NCBI RefSeq assembly: GCF_009914755.1
Contig: NC_060932.1
Source of the DNA: the human T2T-CHM13v2.0 reference genome, Homo sapiens
Strand: one strand, 5' to 3'
DNA length: 64,000 nucleotides
Shown: piece after piece, positions 46,456-58,685 of the stretch
How the letters are laid out: each line of letters starts with the position of its first letter
Position numbering within the stretch: the stretch's first letter is position 1
Translations under genes and position numbers: made by a program
The notes under the pieces: generated by a model
Seen by the model: only the letters and a program-made list of their open reading frames with translations
What the model was told of the DNA's origin: nothing
Database searches by the model: none

Positions 46456-47809
46456 GTGCTCAATAGAATGTGTGTTCTAAATTGTCTTCTCTCTTTCTGG
46501 GGATGAATATATTTCATACAGATTGTACTTTCTCATTATGCCCTTTCAGAATCATTTTCAAATGTTTTTATATTTTTTTAAACTTTATTTTCAAAACACT
46601 AGACTTACAGAAAAATGGCAAAAATTAGACCCAGAATTCTCATATTTTCTTTATCCAGCCTCCCCTGATGTTAACATCAAACAAAACCATAGTAAAATTA
46701 TGGAAACCAGAAAATTAACGTTGATATTGATTAATAGCTTAAATAATCTATAGGCTTTTTATTCTAGTGTCACGAATTTTGCAAATAATATTCAGTTGGC
46801 AATCTTGTATCCAATGCAAGATCTCATATTATATGTAAATATTAGGTGTCCTTTTTCTCCATTTTCTGACAGTTCCCTACGTTATTTCTGTCTCAAGTAC
46901 TGGACACGTTTGAAGAATACTGGTCAGCTATTTTGTACAGTGTTTGTCAATTTCAGTTTGTCTGATTCTCAGGATTAGATGGAAGTTTTGCATTTTCGGC
47001 AAGAATCCCACAGAAGTGATGTGGTGCCACTCTCAGTGCATCACAGTAGGGAACACATAGTGTTATATGTCTTAGTATTGGTAACGTTAACTGTAATCAC
47101 TTTGTTAAGGTGATGGCTGGTAAGTATCTCCACTTTATAGGTTACTATTTTCCCTGTGAAACAAATAAGGGCCTTGTGAGAAGATTCTTTACGATTACAA
47201 AAAAGTTTGTGTAAAAGTCTACTACTTTTAGCATTGATCAGCAAATCTGTTTACAAGTATTATTAATGTAGTGTTTGCTTAGTGATAATTTTCCACTCCC
47301 ATTATCCCTTCTACATTAAAATTCTAATTGCAATTCTGTAAAAGTGAACTGTTTCTTCTTTCCATTTATTTATTTATATCAGTATAGTTCTGTGGATATT
47401 TATTTTACCCTCTGGGTTATACTTTATTAGATTCATTATTTATTTTGATGCTCAACTTGTGACAGACTTGGCAATTAAGAGCTCCTTCAGTGGGTGCCTG
47501 TGTTCGTTGTTCATTCAGCATGCTTCCTTTATGTGTTGCTATAAGATATTCCAGGATCACCTTGTATTTCTCCTGCCTCAGTCCTGTAACCAGTCACTTC
47601 TCCAAGGAGCCTTACTTCCTTTTATTGAAGAATGGCATTTAGAAACCAAGATCTGGGCACTAAATGTGTTCATTGCTACTAGGGATGTCCTTGCTTTTGG
47701 TCCTCTCTTTAGGCAGAGAAAAGGAAATGTGAGCTTAGTTACATACACATAGATATAGCCTTGTCCATTTTCTTACATGTAGCTTCTTTTTCCGACACTC
47801 AGAAATCTG

Positions 47810-48155
47810 AGTCTTAGTCCATAACTACAGTAAAATATCATAAACTGGGTAGCTTGTAAACAACATATTTCCCAGTTCTAGAGACTGAAAAATCCAAGGT
47901 CAAGGTGCTGGCAGATTTGGTGTCCGGTGAGGGCCCACTTTCTCATAGACAGTGGCTTTTCACTATGTCCTTACATGGTAGAAGAGACAAGGCAGCCCTC
48001 TGGGGCCTCTTGTATTAATATAAGGATCCTAGTTCCATTCATGAGGGAGGGGCCTAATCACCTCCCAAAAGGTCCCATCTCTTAATACCTTCTCCTTCAG
48101 GGTTGGAAGTTCAACATATGAATTTGGGGGAGATACAAACATTTAGACCATAGTG
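47810..48155 (-). mobile_element. MLT1A/MSTD-like solo LTR
   Basis: gtcttagtcc...tccaaggtcaaggtgctggcagatttggtgtccggtgagggccc...tatgaatttgggggagatacaaacatttagaccatag. Confidence 0.85.
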
Positions 48156-48204
48156 TCTGGCTGTCATTACTATATATTTACTTATTTTCTTAATCTTTAT
48201 TAGG

Positions 48205-48370
48205 ATTAAAATTATATATACATAACTTTATATAATTATATATAATTTTAATTACATATTATATATAATTTTAATTATGTATTTTATATAATTTTATTAT
48301 ATATTTTATATATATAATTTTTAATATATATTATATATATAATTTTTAATATTATATATAAAGATTATTT
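48205..48370. repeat. AT-rich low-complexity (TATAA/TA)n tract
   Basis: About 165 bp almost entirely A/T. Confidence 0.9.
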
Positions 48371-48994
48371 GAGAATTAATAGCCAAACCTTTATAAAAAC
48401 CAAAGTTGTTACCTAGAATGCCATATCAGTGTATTGCACTTTGTATTGTTGTTTTTACAAGATGTAATCAAAGCCATGGATTTCTAAAGTCATTTAGGTC
48501 AGTTTTTTTTTTTTTTCACACTTCCTTCAGTGTGATTATTTTATCTGAGTGACTCAAGCATAGTGAGTTCAAGGTTATTTGTTAGAGTTTGAATTCAACT
48601 TAGAATTCCTGCAAGATACTGGTTGATTTTAATTATTTACTTATTTGGCAAGCATGTAAAACTTTACCAAAGCTAAACACAAAGGTTTCTTTAAATAAGT
48701 GTTATCCCCTCCTCCTCCCTTCTACCTGGTTATGATTCCTCCATTCTTTCCCACCCGCTACTATTAGGTAACCTATCACATTAGGTGCTGGTTTATCCTT
48801 CCCCCCATTTCCAAGTATCTATACAAATGAGCAGAAACTTGCGTATTTTCTCAGATCACTTTCTTTCTTATATAAAGAGGAGTTGACTCTAGATAAACTT
48901 TTGTACCTAATTTGCAAGTATTTTGATGAGAAAACAGTGTACTCCCCCCACCCATGTAACTGACTATAGCTAATTAAGCTGGAAACTTATTACA

Positions 48995-49225
48995 TGGACT
49001 TTGGGGCCAAAAGTACATCAGTTTGAACCTAGGCTCAATCAGGTATCAATTGTGTGATCTAGAGAAAAGTAATATTTCTAAATCTTAGGTTCTTTATCTA
49101 TAAAAATGGAAATAATGTTAATATCTTTATCATAAGTTTTCTTAAGGAGTACATGAGCATTACATGGAAAGCCTTTAACATAGTACTTGACATTTGGTTA
49201 AGTGGTCAAAAAATCTTGGAAGTAC
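48995..49225 (+). mobile_element. MIR SINE
   Basis: catggactttggggcc...gtttgaacctaggctc...tctttatctataaaaatggaaataat...aacatagtacttgacat. Confidence 0.75.
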
Positions 49226-50426
49226 TAGTAATACGAAGTATATTAGAACAGTAACTATGACTTTGTAATTAGCTAATTGACTATAGCTAATTCTTTTTCC
49301 GTCCTAGTTTATCTCTTAAAATCATGAGGACCACTCAGTAACTTTTATTGCTCATAGATAATTTTCTCCCAGAGAATTAAATAAAAGATGAAACTGATAG
49401 TACTATTAATTTAAAAGAAAGTCCTAAACTCTGCCTCACTGAAATTGCAATTAACTGTACATTATACATACACCTTGTTTTATTGAACTTCTCTTTATTG
49501 TGTGTTGTTTTTTTGTTTTGTTTGGTTTTGTTTTGTTTTACAAATTGAAGGTTGGTGGCAACCCTCCATCCAGCAAGTCTATTGCTATCCTTTTCCCGGC
49601 AGCACGTGCTCAGTTAATTTCTCTGTGTCACATTTTGGTAATTCCTGAAATATGTTAAATTTTACTATTATTATTATGTCTGTCATAGTGATCTGTGAAA
49701 TGTGATCTTTTATATTACTATTGTCATTGTTTTAGGATGCTACAAACTATGCCCATATAAGACGGCTAACTTAATTAATAAACGCTGTGTGCGTTCTGAC
49801 TGCTCCGCTGACAGGCCATTTCCCTCTCTCTCCCTCTTTTCAGGCCTCTCCATTCCCTGAAACACGGCAATATTGAAATTAGGCCAATTAATAACTACAC
49901 AATGACTCTAAGTGTTCAAGAGAAAGGAAGATCCGCATATCTCTCACTTAAAATCAAAAGCTAGAAATGATTAAATTTAGTGAGGAAGGCATGTCAAAAC
50001 CCAAGATAGCCCAGAAGATAATCCTCTTGTACCAAACAATTAGTGATATTGTGAATGCAAAGAAATAGTTTTTGAAGAAAATTAACATTGCCATCCATTT
50101 AACACATAAGAAAAAGAAACCACCTTAATCGCTGATATGGAGAAAGTTTTAGTGGTCTAAATCGAAGATCAAACCAGCCACAACATTCCCTTAACCCAAA
50201 GCCTAATCCAGAGCAAGGCTCTAACTCTCTTCATTTCCATGAAGGCTGAGAAAAGTAAGAAAGCTGCAGGAAAAAAAGTTTGAAGCTAGCAGAGGATTCA
50301 TAAACCTGCTTCACGAGGTTTAAGGGAAGAGGCCATTTCCATAATGCAAAGTGCAATGTGAAGCAGCAAGTGCTGATGGAGAAACTGCATTAAGTTATCC
50401 GAAAGATCAAACTAAGATATTTGATA

Positions 50427-50747
50427 GGTGTCTGTTAGGTGTGCTTGGTCCAGAGCTGAGTTCAAGTCCTGAATCTCCTTGTTAATTTTCTGTCTCATTG
50501 ATCTGTCTAATATTGGCAGTGGGGAGTTGAACAATGAGAACACACGGACACAGGGAGGGGAATATCACACACCGGGGCCTGTCGGGGGGTTGGGGGCTAG
50601 GGGAGGGATAGCATTAGGAGAAATACCTAATAAAGATGATGGGTTGATGGGTGCAGCAAACCACCATGGCACGTGTATACCTATGTAACAAACCTGCACA
50701 TTCTGCACATGTATCCAGAACTTAAAGTATAATAAAAAATAAATAAA
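50427..50747 (+). mobile_element. L1PA insertion with 5' inversion: antisense ORF2 endonuclease fragment (about 50427-50524) plus sense 3'UTR
   Basis: TSD aagatatttgata (50414-50426) / aagatatctgata (50748-50760); the minus strand of the first part translates PLPILDRSMRQKINKEIQDLNSALDQAHLTDT; followed by agttgaacaatgagaacac...cttaaagtataataaaa. Confidence 0.92.
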
Positions 50748-51851
50748 AAGATATCTGATAAAGGTGGCTACACTAAATAACATTTTCAATGTTGTTGAAA
50801 GAACCTTATTTTGGAAGATGCCATCTAAGATTTTCATAGCAAAAGAGACGAGATTAATGCCTAGTTTCAAAGCTTCAAAGGACAGGCTGACAATCTTGTT
50901 AGGGTTAATGCAGCTGGTGACCTTAAGATGAAACCAGTGCTAATTTACCATTCTGGAAATCCTAAGGCCCTCAAGAATTATGCTAAATTTACCCTGTCTG
51001 TGCTCTATAAATGGAATAACAAAGCTTGAATGACAGCACATCTGTTTACAGCATGGTTTACTAAATATTTCAAGCCCAGTGTTGAGATTTACTGCTCAGA
51101 AAAAAAGATTCTTTTCAAAATATTATTGCACATTAACAATGCACCTGGTCATCCAAGAGCTCTGCTGGAGATGTACAAATAGACGCAGCATATGGATCAA
51201 GGAGCAACTTTCAAGTCTTATTATTTGAGAAATATGTTTTGTAAGGCTATAGCTGCCATAAATAGTGAGTCCTCTGATGTAATTTGGCAAAGTCTTTGAA
51301 AAATCTTCTGGAAAGGATTCACCATTCTAGATGCCATTAAGAGCATTCATGATTCATGGGAGGAGGTCAAAATATCAACATTAACAGAGTTTGAAAGAAA
51401 TTGATTCCAAGACTCATGGATGAATTTGACTAATTCAAGACTTCAGTGGGGGAAGCAACTGCAGATGTGGTGGAACTAGCAAGAGAACTAGAATTAAAAG
51501 TGGAGCCTGAAGATGTGATCAAATTTCTGTAATCTCATGAAAAAATTCACAAAGGTGTAATTGTTTCTTATGAAAGAGCAAAGAAAGTGGTTTGAGGTGG
51601 AATCTACTTCTGGTGAAGATGTTGTAAACATTGTTGAAATGACAACAAAGGATTTAGAGTGTTACATCAATTTAGTTGATAAAGCAGTGGTAGTGTTTGA
51701 GAGGATTGACTCTAATTTTGAAAGAAGTTCTATGGGTAAAATGCTGTCAAACAACATCACAGGCTACAGAGAAATCTTTCATAAAAGAAAGGGTGAATTA
51801 ACACATCAAACTTCATTGTTGTCTTATTTTAAGAGATTGCCATAGCCACCC

Positions 51852-52215
51852 TGAATTAGTCTGTTTTCATGCTGCCGATAAAGACATACCCAAGACTGAG
51901 TAATTTATACAGAAACAGAGGCTTAATGGACTCAACAGTTCCACATGGCTGGGGAGGCCTCACAACATGGTGGAAGGCAAAAGACATGTCTTACATGGTG
52001 GCAGTCAGGAAAGAATAATTTTGCCAAGCGAAAGCAGAAGCCTCTTATTAAACCATCAGATCTCATGAGACTTATTCACTACCAGGAGAACAGTATGGGG
52101 AAAACCACCCCAATGATTCAGTTATCTCCCACTGGGTCTCTCCCACAACACATGGGAATTATGGGAGCTACAATTCAAGATGGTATTTGGGTGGGGACAC
52201 AGCCAAACCATATCG
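51852..52215 (-). mobile_element. THE1 (B/C-like) solo LTR with 5-bp TSD caccc
   Basis: attagtctgttttcatgctgccgataaagacataccc...tttgggtggggacacagccaaaccatatc; caccc at 51847 and 52216. Confidence 0.95.
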
Positions 52216-52859
52216 CACCCCAAATTTTAATTAATTGATTTCAGCAACCACTATCCTCATCAGTCAGTAGCCATCAACATTGAGACAAGACCTTCACCAG
52301 CAAAAAGATTATGACTCACTGAAGGCTTGGATTTTTGTTAGTACTTTTTAGCAATAAGATATTTTTAAATTAACGTCTGTACTTTTTTTACATATAATGC
52401 TATTGCATACTAATTGACTACATTATAGTATAAACAAAACTTTTATATGCACTGGGAAACCAAACATTTAGTGTGACTTGCTTTATTGTGATATTGTGGT
52501 TGCCTATAAATGACCACTGATATCTCTGAGGTATGCCTGTATTTAAAAGTTCAAATATTCTGTTTGTACTAATCTTAATCTCTTTCACTTTTACTACAAG
52601 ATTCATAGTCTCCTCTGCGTCTACTTCATACATGATTTGTGACAGTGAATTTGTAAAAGACTACATCTTTATGGCTAATCTAACTTTTGTATCAGACAAG
52701 TTAATGGTAAAAAAAATGTAGTTTGTTAATTGGTTGCAAGTATGCTGCTGGAGTAATTTTAATAGGTTCTAATATTTAATTATGAATTTAAAGTGGGTGG
52801 ATTTTTTTCAAACTAATCAGAATTGGTTTCACAAACCCTGTCCTGGCAAAAGTTCAATG

Positions 52860-53350
52860 TATTAACATTTATTAAATGCCTAATATAGGTAAGACTTATA
52901 TTAGATGCTGGAAGGAAAACAATGAGAAAGAGAAATCCCTTTATTCAAGGATCACAATCTAGTCAGTTCCCAGAAGTTACTTGAGTTGGTGGAAAGCCAT
53001 ATGAAAACTGAGCTTCACAGCTGGAATCTTTGATCTAGCCAGGTCCTAAAAGCCAATGTCCTATCTGTGAAGCTATTGGAGGGCTTTGAGCAGATGAATT
53101 GGATGCCTGGTTCGTAGTTTAGAAGGATCTCTCTGTGCTGAGAATAGGCTAGAAGGGCATGTGGGTGAAAGCAAGAAAATCAAGTAAAAAAAAACCAGGC
53201 AATGGATAATGGATTCTTGGATGAGAAAGGAAGCAATTAAGTGTTTCAGTGGTGGTTTTCTTGAAGTATTTTGATTGTAGAAACTACAGAAAACATGGTA
53301 TGGGGTGTGGAAAAAAGAAAGGAGTTAAGGGTAAGCCCAACATTTAGACC
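52860..53350 (-). mobile_element. L2 fragment(s)
   Basis: catttattaaatgcc...tcaaggatcacaatctagt...gaagctattggagggctttgagcag...gtttagaaggatctctctg. Confidence 0.6.
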
Positions 53351-55000
53351 TCGGTTTTCCTGAAAATCAAGCTTGAATTATTTATTATCTCTTAAGGGTC
53401 CCAATATGAAGGTCATACTCTTCCTTATGAGAAAGCTTTACTCCATTTCCTAAGGTGAATAACAGAATTAATCTAAAATTAAAACATAGAGAAATGCATG
53501 ATGTTTCAAAGGGATGGAAGCCCATCACCTGCACTGCTTTGGGCATAACCTTGCTAGGGAGATGGAGGAATTTGTATTCTTACTCACTTGCATAGAATAG
53601 AGGCATCCAGAGCTATAGGGACATTTTCTGATCTTCAGCAATGGGAGAAAAAGCTGAGGCTAGTCCAGTCTTGTCCAACACAAACCTGAATCAGTGTGGT
53701 TCACCTCCACATGCTGTAATCTGACCCACATCCTGTGTCTTCTGCAGGGTCAGAAATATGTTTTATCCTATACCACTTTAGGAATTTATTTTTTTGGACT
53801 ACATAGCTTGGGATTTATTGGCAGCTTAGGAGCACACTATGCTTGAAATTGCAGGGCCTTTACTAGAAATTGAGCTTGGGTCCACTGTTGTTAAGGTTAG
53901 AGCATGTTCCTTAATTACAGAGCAGGACAGGACATTTTGCTGCCCAGATAATCCTCTAGGAGTTTAGAAAAATCAGATGTTTCTTTGCTATCAGACATAT
54001 AATGTTCTGTCTTATTTCTGGATGTGAAGTTTTTCTGTACTCTTTCAATTTATGAAGGCCATGGTGGATTTATTTATTGTTAGGATTTGTCTATTTTTTT
54101 TTCTTCTGAAACATTGTGTTTTTCTTTTCCCTCTGCGATGTGTTAGGTTGCCTACATCTATCTAGTTTCTTAGAAAAATATTAAGACTGACTTGAGGAAA
54201 TAAATTTGTGTTGGGCAGACCCCTCCTGCTCTGCCATATGCATTTTAAATAACCCAGAGGAATTATCTGTATTAATAAAAATGAATTATTAATAATGTCT
54301 TATAATTTAATAGTTGAGGGCTGATTTCTTAAGTTTATTTTTAGAAAAAGGTTCCACTTAGAAGTATAATGGACACATTTAGATATACTAATCTTGGTTT
54401 CAAATCCTACTTTTGGGGAAAGCAGCTCCAGTTGCAAATCGCACTGCAAAAGCCAAGGAGGAAGCAATAGATTCAAAGGAGAAGTGGTCTAGGGATCTAA
54501 TGAGACACTTGGGCTTTATTACCAGAAGCAGAGAGCAACCCTAACTCTTATTCCGGGGAGTTCTGGCAACACACACAGCTGTTGTAAACCCAATGAGCTT
54601 GTCAGGGTCTGGTGCCTCTTTACACATGGGCTCCATTTGTTCATTAAAGCTGGCAAGTAATGGGAGGTAAGCAGTGCTCCCATGAGGATTGGGGGATGGA
54701 TTCACTAGAGGCCGTGTCCACTACTGCTTCCCAGGCATGATTTAGCCAGCTCAATACAGTCGAATACAGTGGGGTCAGGCAAGAACCCTGGAAAGAGCAT
54801 GAGAGTTAGGATGTGGAAATATAAACTAAATGGTATGACAAGTGGCAAGCACATCAGGCTTCTGAGAATCAATTTTCTTATCTGGAAAAAGCTAATAAGG
54901 GGATTTGAATAGGTCAATTTTGAAGCAGCTTGCAAATTTGAGATTTTTAAAATATTGTTTTCCTTCAGGAGGCCACCAATATTTTTAATGACTTTTTAGA

Positions 55001-55910
55001 ATTTTTTTTCAACTTTTATTTTAGATACGGGGGTATCTGTGCAGGTTTATTATATGGGTATCTTGCACCCAAGTAGTGAGCATAGTACCCAATAGGTAGT
55101 TTTTCCCTCCATGCCCCCATCCCTCATTCCCTTCAAGTAGTCTTCAGTGTCTATTTTTCCTACGTTTATGTCCACGTGTGCTCAGTTTTTAGCTTCCACT
55201 TGCAAGCGAAAACATGTGGTATTTGGTTTTCTGTTCTTGCATTAATTTGCTTAGGACGATGGCCTCCAGCTCTGTCCATGTTACTGCAAAGGACATGATT
55301 TCATTCATTTTTCTGGATGCATAGTATTCCATGGTGTATATGTAACACATTTCCTTTAGCCAATCCAGCATTGATGGCCATGTAGGTTGATTCCATGTCT
55401 TTGCTATTATGAATAGCATGGCCATGAACATATAAATGCATGTAAATTTACGTTATACATTTTCCATATAATGACCTATTTTCCTTTGGGTATATATCCA
55501 GTATTGTGGTTCCTGGGTCAAATCGTAGCTCTGTTTTAAGTTCTTTGAGATATCTCCAAACTGCTTTCCACAGTGGCTGTACTAATTTATACATTGCCAT
55601 CAACAGTAGATAAATGTTCCCTTTTCTCCACAGCCTCACCAGCATCTGTTTTTTGGTGTGAGATGGTATCTCATTGTGGCTTTGATTTGCATTTCTCTGA
55701 TGATTGTGATGGTGAGCATTTTTTTCGTATATTTGTTGGCTGCTCATATGCCTTCTTTTGATAAGTAACTGTTCATGTCCTCTGCCCATTTCTTTATGGG
55801 GTTATTTGGTTTTGGCCTGTTGATTTGTTTAAGTTCCTTGTAGATTCTGGATATTAGACCTTTTTCAGATGCATAGTTTGAAAATATTTTCTCCAATTCT
55901 GTAGGTTGTT
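55001..55910 (-). mobile_element. 5'-truncated L1PA15/16-like element (ORF2 C-terminus and 3'UTR)
   Basis: Minus ORFs give AMLFIIAKTWNQP...YTMEYYA and LVQPLWKAVWRYLKELK; flanks aatgacttttt/aatggcttttt. Confidence 0.92.
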
Positions 55911-56584
55911 AAATGGCTTTTTTGATAGTAAAAAAAAAAGTGGCTATTCATAGACCAATGATAATACACACAACTGTGGCCACGTTCTTCCTTCCGTGTC
56001 AAATGAGGAAGATATTGGAATGTGTTTGAATGTGTTCAGGACCAATATCAGTCCTCTAGCTACCTACCACACTTGACCTAGGATGTGGTTAATGGCTGCC
56101 AGGGATCCAGCTCTCCTGTACTTACAGCAAAAGGTTGCTTAAATCTGATGGATTTATATTTGACCCAGGAGCAAATGATTTTTAACTCTAGGCTCTAATA
56201 ATTTAAAACAAGCTCTGAATTGAAAATTACTTGGGATAACATAAAAGTGGGTAGCTAGAATATATCTGTGAATCTTCTTCTGGGAAGAAGAAAATAATGA
56301 GAAAAAAAAAAGTTTACTTCAAATCACATCATTTAAGAACAGAAATCCCAGATATAGGAGCCCTTTTTATCCTAAAAGATGCTTTTTGTAATTTTATTCC
56401 TGAGACTTTGTGGGGTTTGTAATAGTTTCATAATCATTTGGGACCCCTACCGTCAACTAATCCCAGTTATCACTGGGGTTCACCTATTGATGCTAAGAAA
56501 GCCAAGGTGCTATGTATGTTATTGAACATCTAACCACACAGTAGGCATTGCCCTGGTTCTTCCACATAATTACTCCAGTGGTAA

Positions 56585-57000
56585 CTATGTGCCAGGCACT
56601 GTGTGCTGTAATAATAAGAGCAAACGCACATGTGGTACTTTCTATGTGCAAGTATAATAAGTGCTTTACATATTATATACATATACATACATATTTTAAC
56701 CCTCACAACAGCACTGTAAGGAAGACACCATTATTATCACCCCTTACAAATGAGAAAACTAAGACACAAAATAACTTTCCCAAGGTCACACAACTAATGA
56801 GTGATTGTGCTAAGTTTTAAAACTAGTAGCTAGTACTGTAGTCCCTGCCTTTTACTATGCAAAGAGCTCAAGCATTAGTTTCTTCAATCCTTATAGCGTG
56901 TCATTTAGCAGGAATTATTGTTCTTGTTTTAACAGAAAGAAACAGAGAAAGAGAGAGGTTAAGTAATTTGACTGAGGCTACAAATATAGTCAGTGGTTTA
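56585..57000 (-). mobile_element. MIR fragments
   Basis: actatgtgccaggcactgtg...cctcacaacagc...ttacaaatgagaaaactaagac...cccaaggtcacacaac; second copy agagaggttaagtaatttg. Confidence 0.75.
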
Positions 57001-57251
57001 GCAATGTCTATAAGGTGCATGATTTTTTTTTACTATGGCATTAAAAAAAATCATATGTGTTTGCTTTTGAATTTGTTTTGGTCCCTGAAGCTTGATGGCT
57101 ATAATTTGAGAGTATATGTTCCTAGACAGAATTTCAAAGAGGGGGATAAACGAAAGTTATAAAGTTCTAATCCTAAAAGACATGGCCAAAAACAGAAAAA
57201 TCTGGCCAAAAACAAAAAAAGGTCATCATAATACTTAAACTCATAGCCCAA

Positions 57252-57519
57252 AGCCAGGCACAGTGGCTCACACCTGTAAACCCAATGCATTGGGAGGCCA
57301 AGGCAGGAGGATCATTTGAGACCAGGACTTTGATATCAGCCTGGACAACATAGTGAGACTCCATCTCTACAAAAAAATTTTAAAATTAGCCAGGAAGCTA
57401 AAATGGAAGAATAGCTTCAGCCTGGGTGTTACAGATTGCAACGAGCTATGATCTCACTACTGTACTCCAGCCTGAGCAACAGAGGGAGACCCTACCTCTA
57501 AAATCAAAAATAAAATAAC
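57252..57519 (+). mobile_element. AluJ with internal deletion
   Basis: gccaggcacagtggctcacacctgta...ggaggatcatttgag...tactccagcctgagcaacagag. Confidence 0.9.
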
Positions 57520-58280
57520 AGGTCAGGTCCAAAAGTTAAAACTTTGAATATGAACTCGGCTCCAACACTTATGAGTATGGAATCTGTTCTGCATTCCTTC
57601 CACTATCTGAATTCTACAGATACATGAGTACTGGGCAGGTTAGCAATTCTGGAACCCAGAATATGGAGACCCAATTACAGGAATCAGAGGATAACATGAG
57701 GATTTTGTCTGAAGTCCTTTTGAGAAGACCTGGCCTTTTGGGATCAGTAAAAAAGAAAGAGTAGATAAGAGTTAACATCTGTTTGATGCTCAACTGAGTC
57801 ACCTCAATTTCTCACTAGGGCTTCCTAAAACCATTCCTGACTTTGAGCACATTTGAATTGAGGGGGTCACAGTGAGTGACACTTGGTGTGAGAATTTCAG
57901 GGCCCAATTTTGAGAAGAGGGAGAGAGGACAGAACACTAGTTACATATCAGGTCCTGCCATAACAAAGAGGAAAAGTGGTGAGGTTGGTTTTTAAGTGGT
58001 GATTAGTTAACACTTATCTTTATGGGTCATTTATCTGTTTACTAATACTTTTACTTTCCCAGATAGAAAACTGGGGCTGGTGAAGAACTACCTGCCTTTC
58101 TCTCTGGAAACAAGTAATCACCAAAATTGGCATTGCCTTGTAAATTCCTTCTCATGTTAATTCATCATACTGAGACCCACCAAACAGTTGGCTATTCATA
58201 CATTGTCTCCCAGAGATGTATTTTTCTATCCCTATAACCAGATTAGGGAAGGTCTAGGTTAATAATAGAATATTGCATTA

Positions 58281-58685
58281 CATATACACAATGGAATACT
58301 ATGCAGTCATAAAAAAGGATGAGTTCATGTCCTTTGCAGGGACATGGATGAAGCTGGAAACCATCATTCTCAGCAAACTATCCAAGAAAAGAAAACCAAA
58401 CACCTCATGTTCTCACTCATAAGAGGGAGTTGAACAATGAGAACACATGGACATAGGGAAGGGAACATCACACACTGGGGCCTGTCAGAGGGTGGGGGCT
58501 AGGGGAGGGACAACATTAGGAGAAATACCTAATGTAGGTGTTGAGTTGATGGGTGCAGCAAACCACCATGGCACATGTATACCTATGTAACAAAACTGCA
58601 CGTGCTGCACATGTACCCCAGAACATAAAGTATATTAATTTAAAAAAAAGAAAAAAAGACAAATAAAAATGGATTAAAGACAAAA
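58281..58685 (+). mobile_element. 5'-truncated L1PA 3' end with 17-bp TSD
   Basis: atggaatactatgcag...gatgagttcatgtcctttgcagggacatggatgaagctgg...; TSD aatagaatattgcatta (58264-58280) / aatagaatactgcatta (58686-58702). Confidence 0.95.

Larger units (their letters stand above)
46565..48900 (-). mobile_element. L1MC-like 3'UTR, interrupted by a MaLR LTR and an AT-rich tract
   Basis: agacttacagaaaaatggc...cctcccctgatgttaacatc...ttgaagaatactggtcag...ctccaaggagcc...tttagaaaccaagatctgggcac; right boundary approximate. Confidence 0.75.
49467..52539 (+). mobile_element. Near full-length Tigger1 (TcMar-Tigger) DNA transposon; decayed transposase; nested L1 and THE1
   Basis: 5' end caccttgttttattgaacttctctttattg; 3' end atctctgaggtatgcctg|TA; transposase remnants (ORF 51561-51845 [27 protein letters not shown]...[12 protein letters not shown]). 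Confidence 0.95.

Noticed and set aside
51561-51845. ORF resembling TIGD1/Tigger transposase
   Set aside because: Short remnant of a decayed Tigger1 with upstream stops, frameshifts and nested insertions; not a gene
55189-55789. ORFs resembling the L1 ORF2 C-terminus
   Set aside because: Frameshifted pieces of a truncated L1 copy
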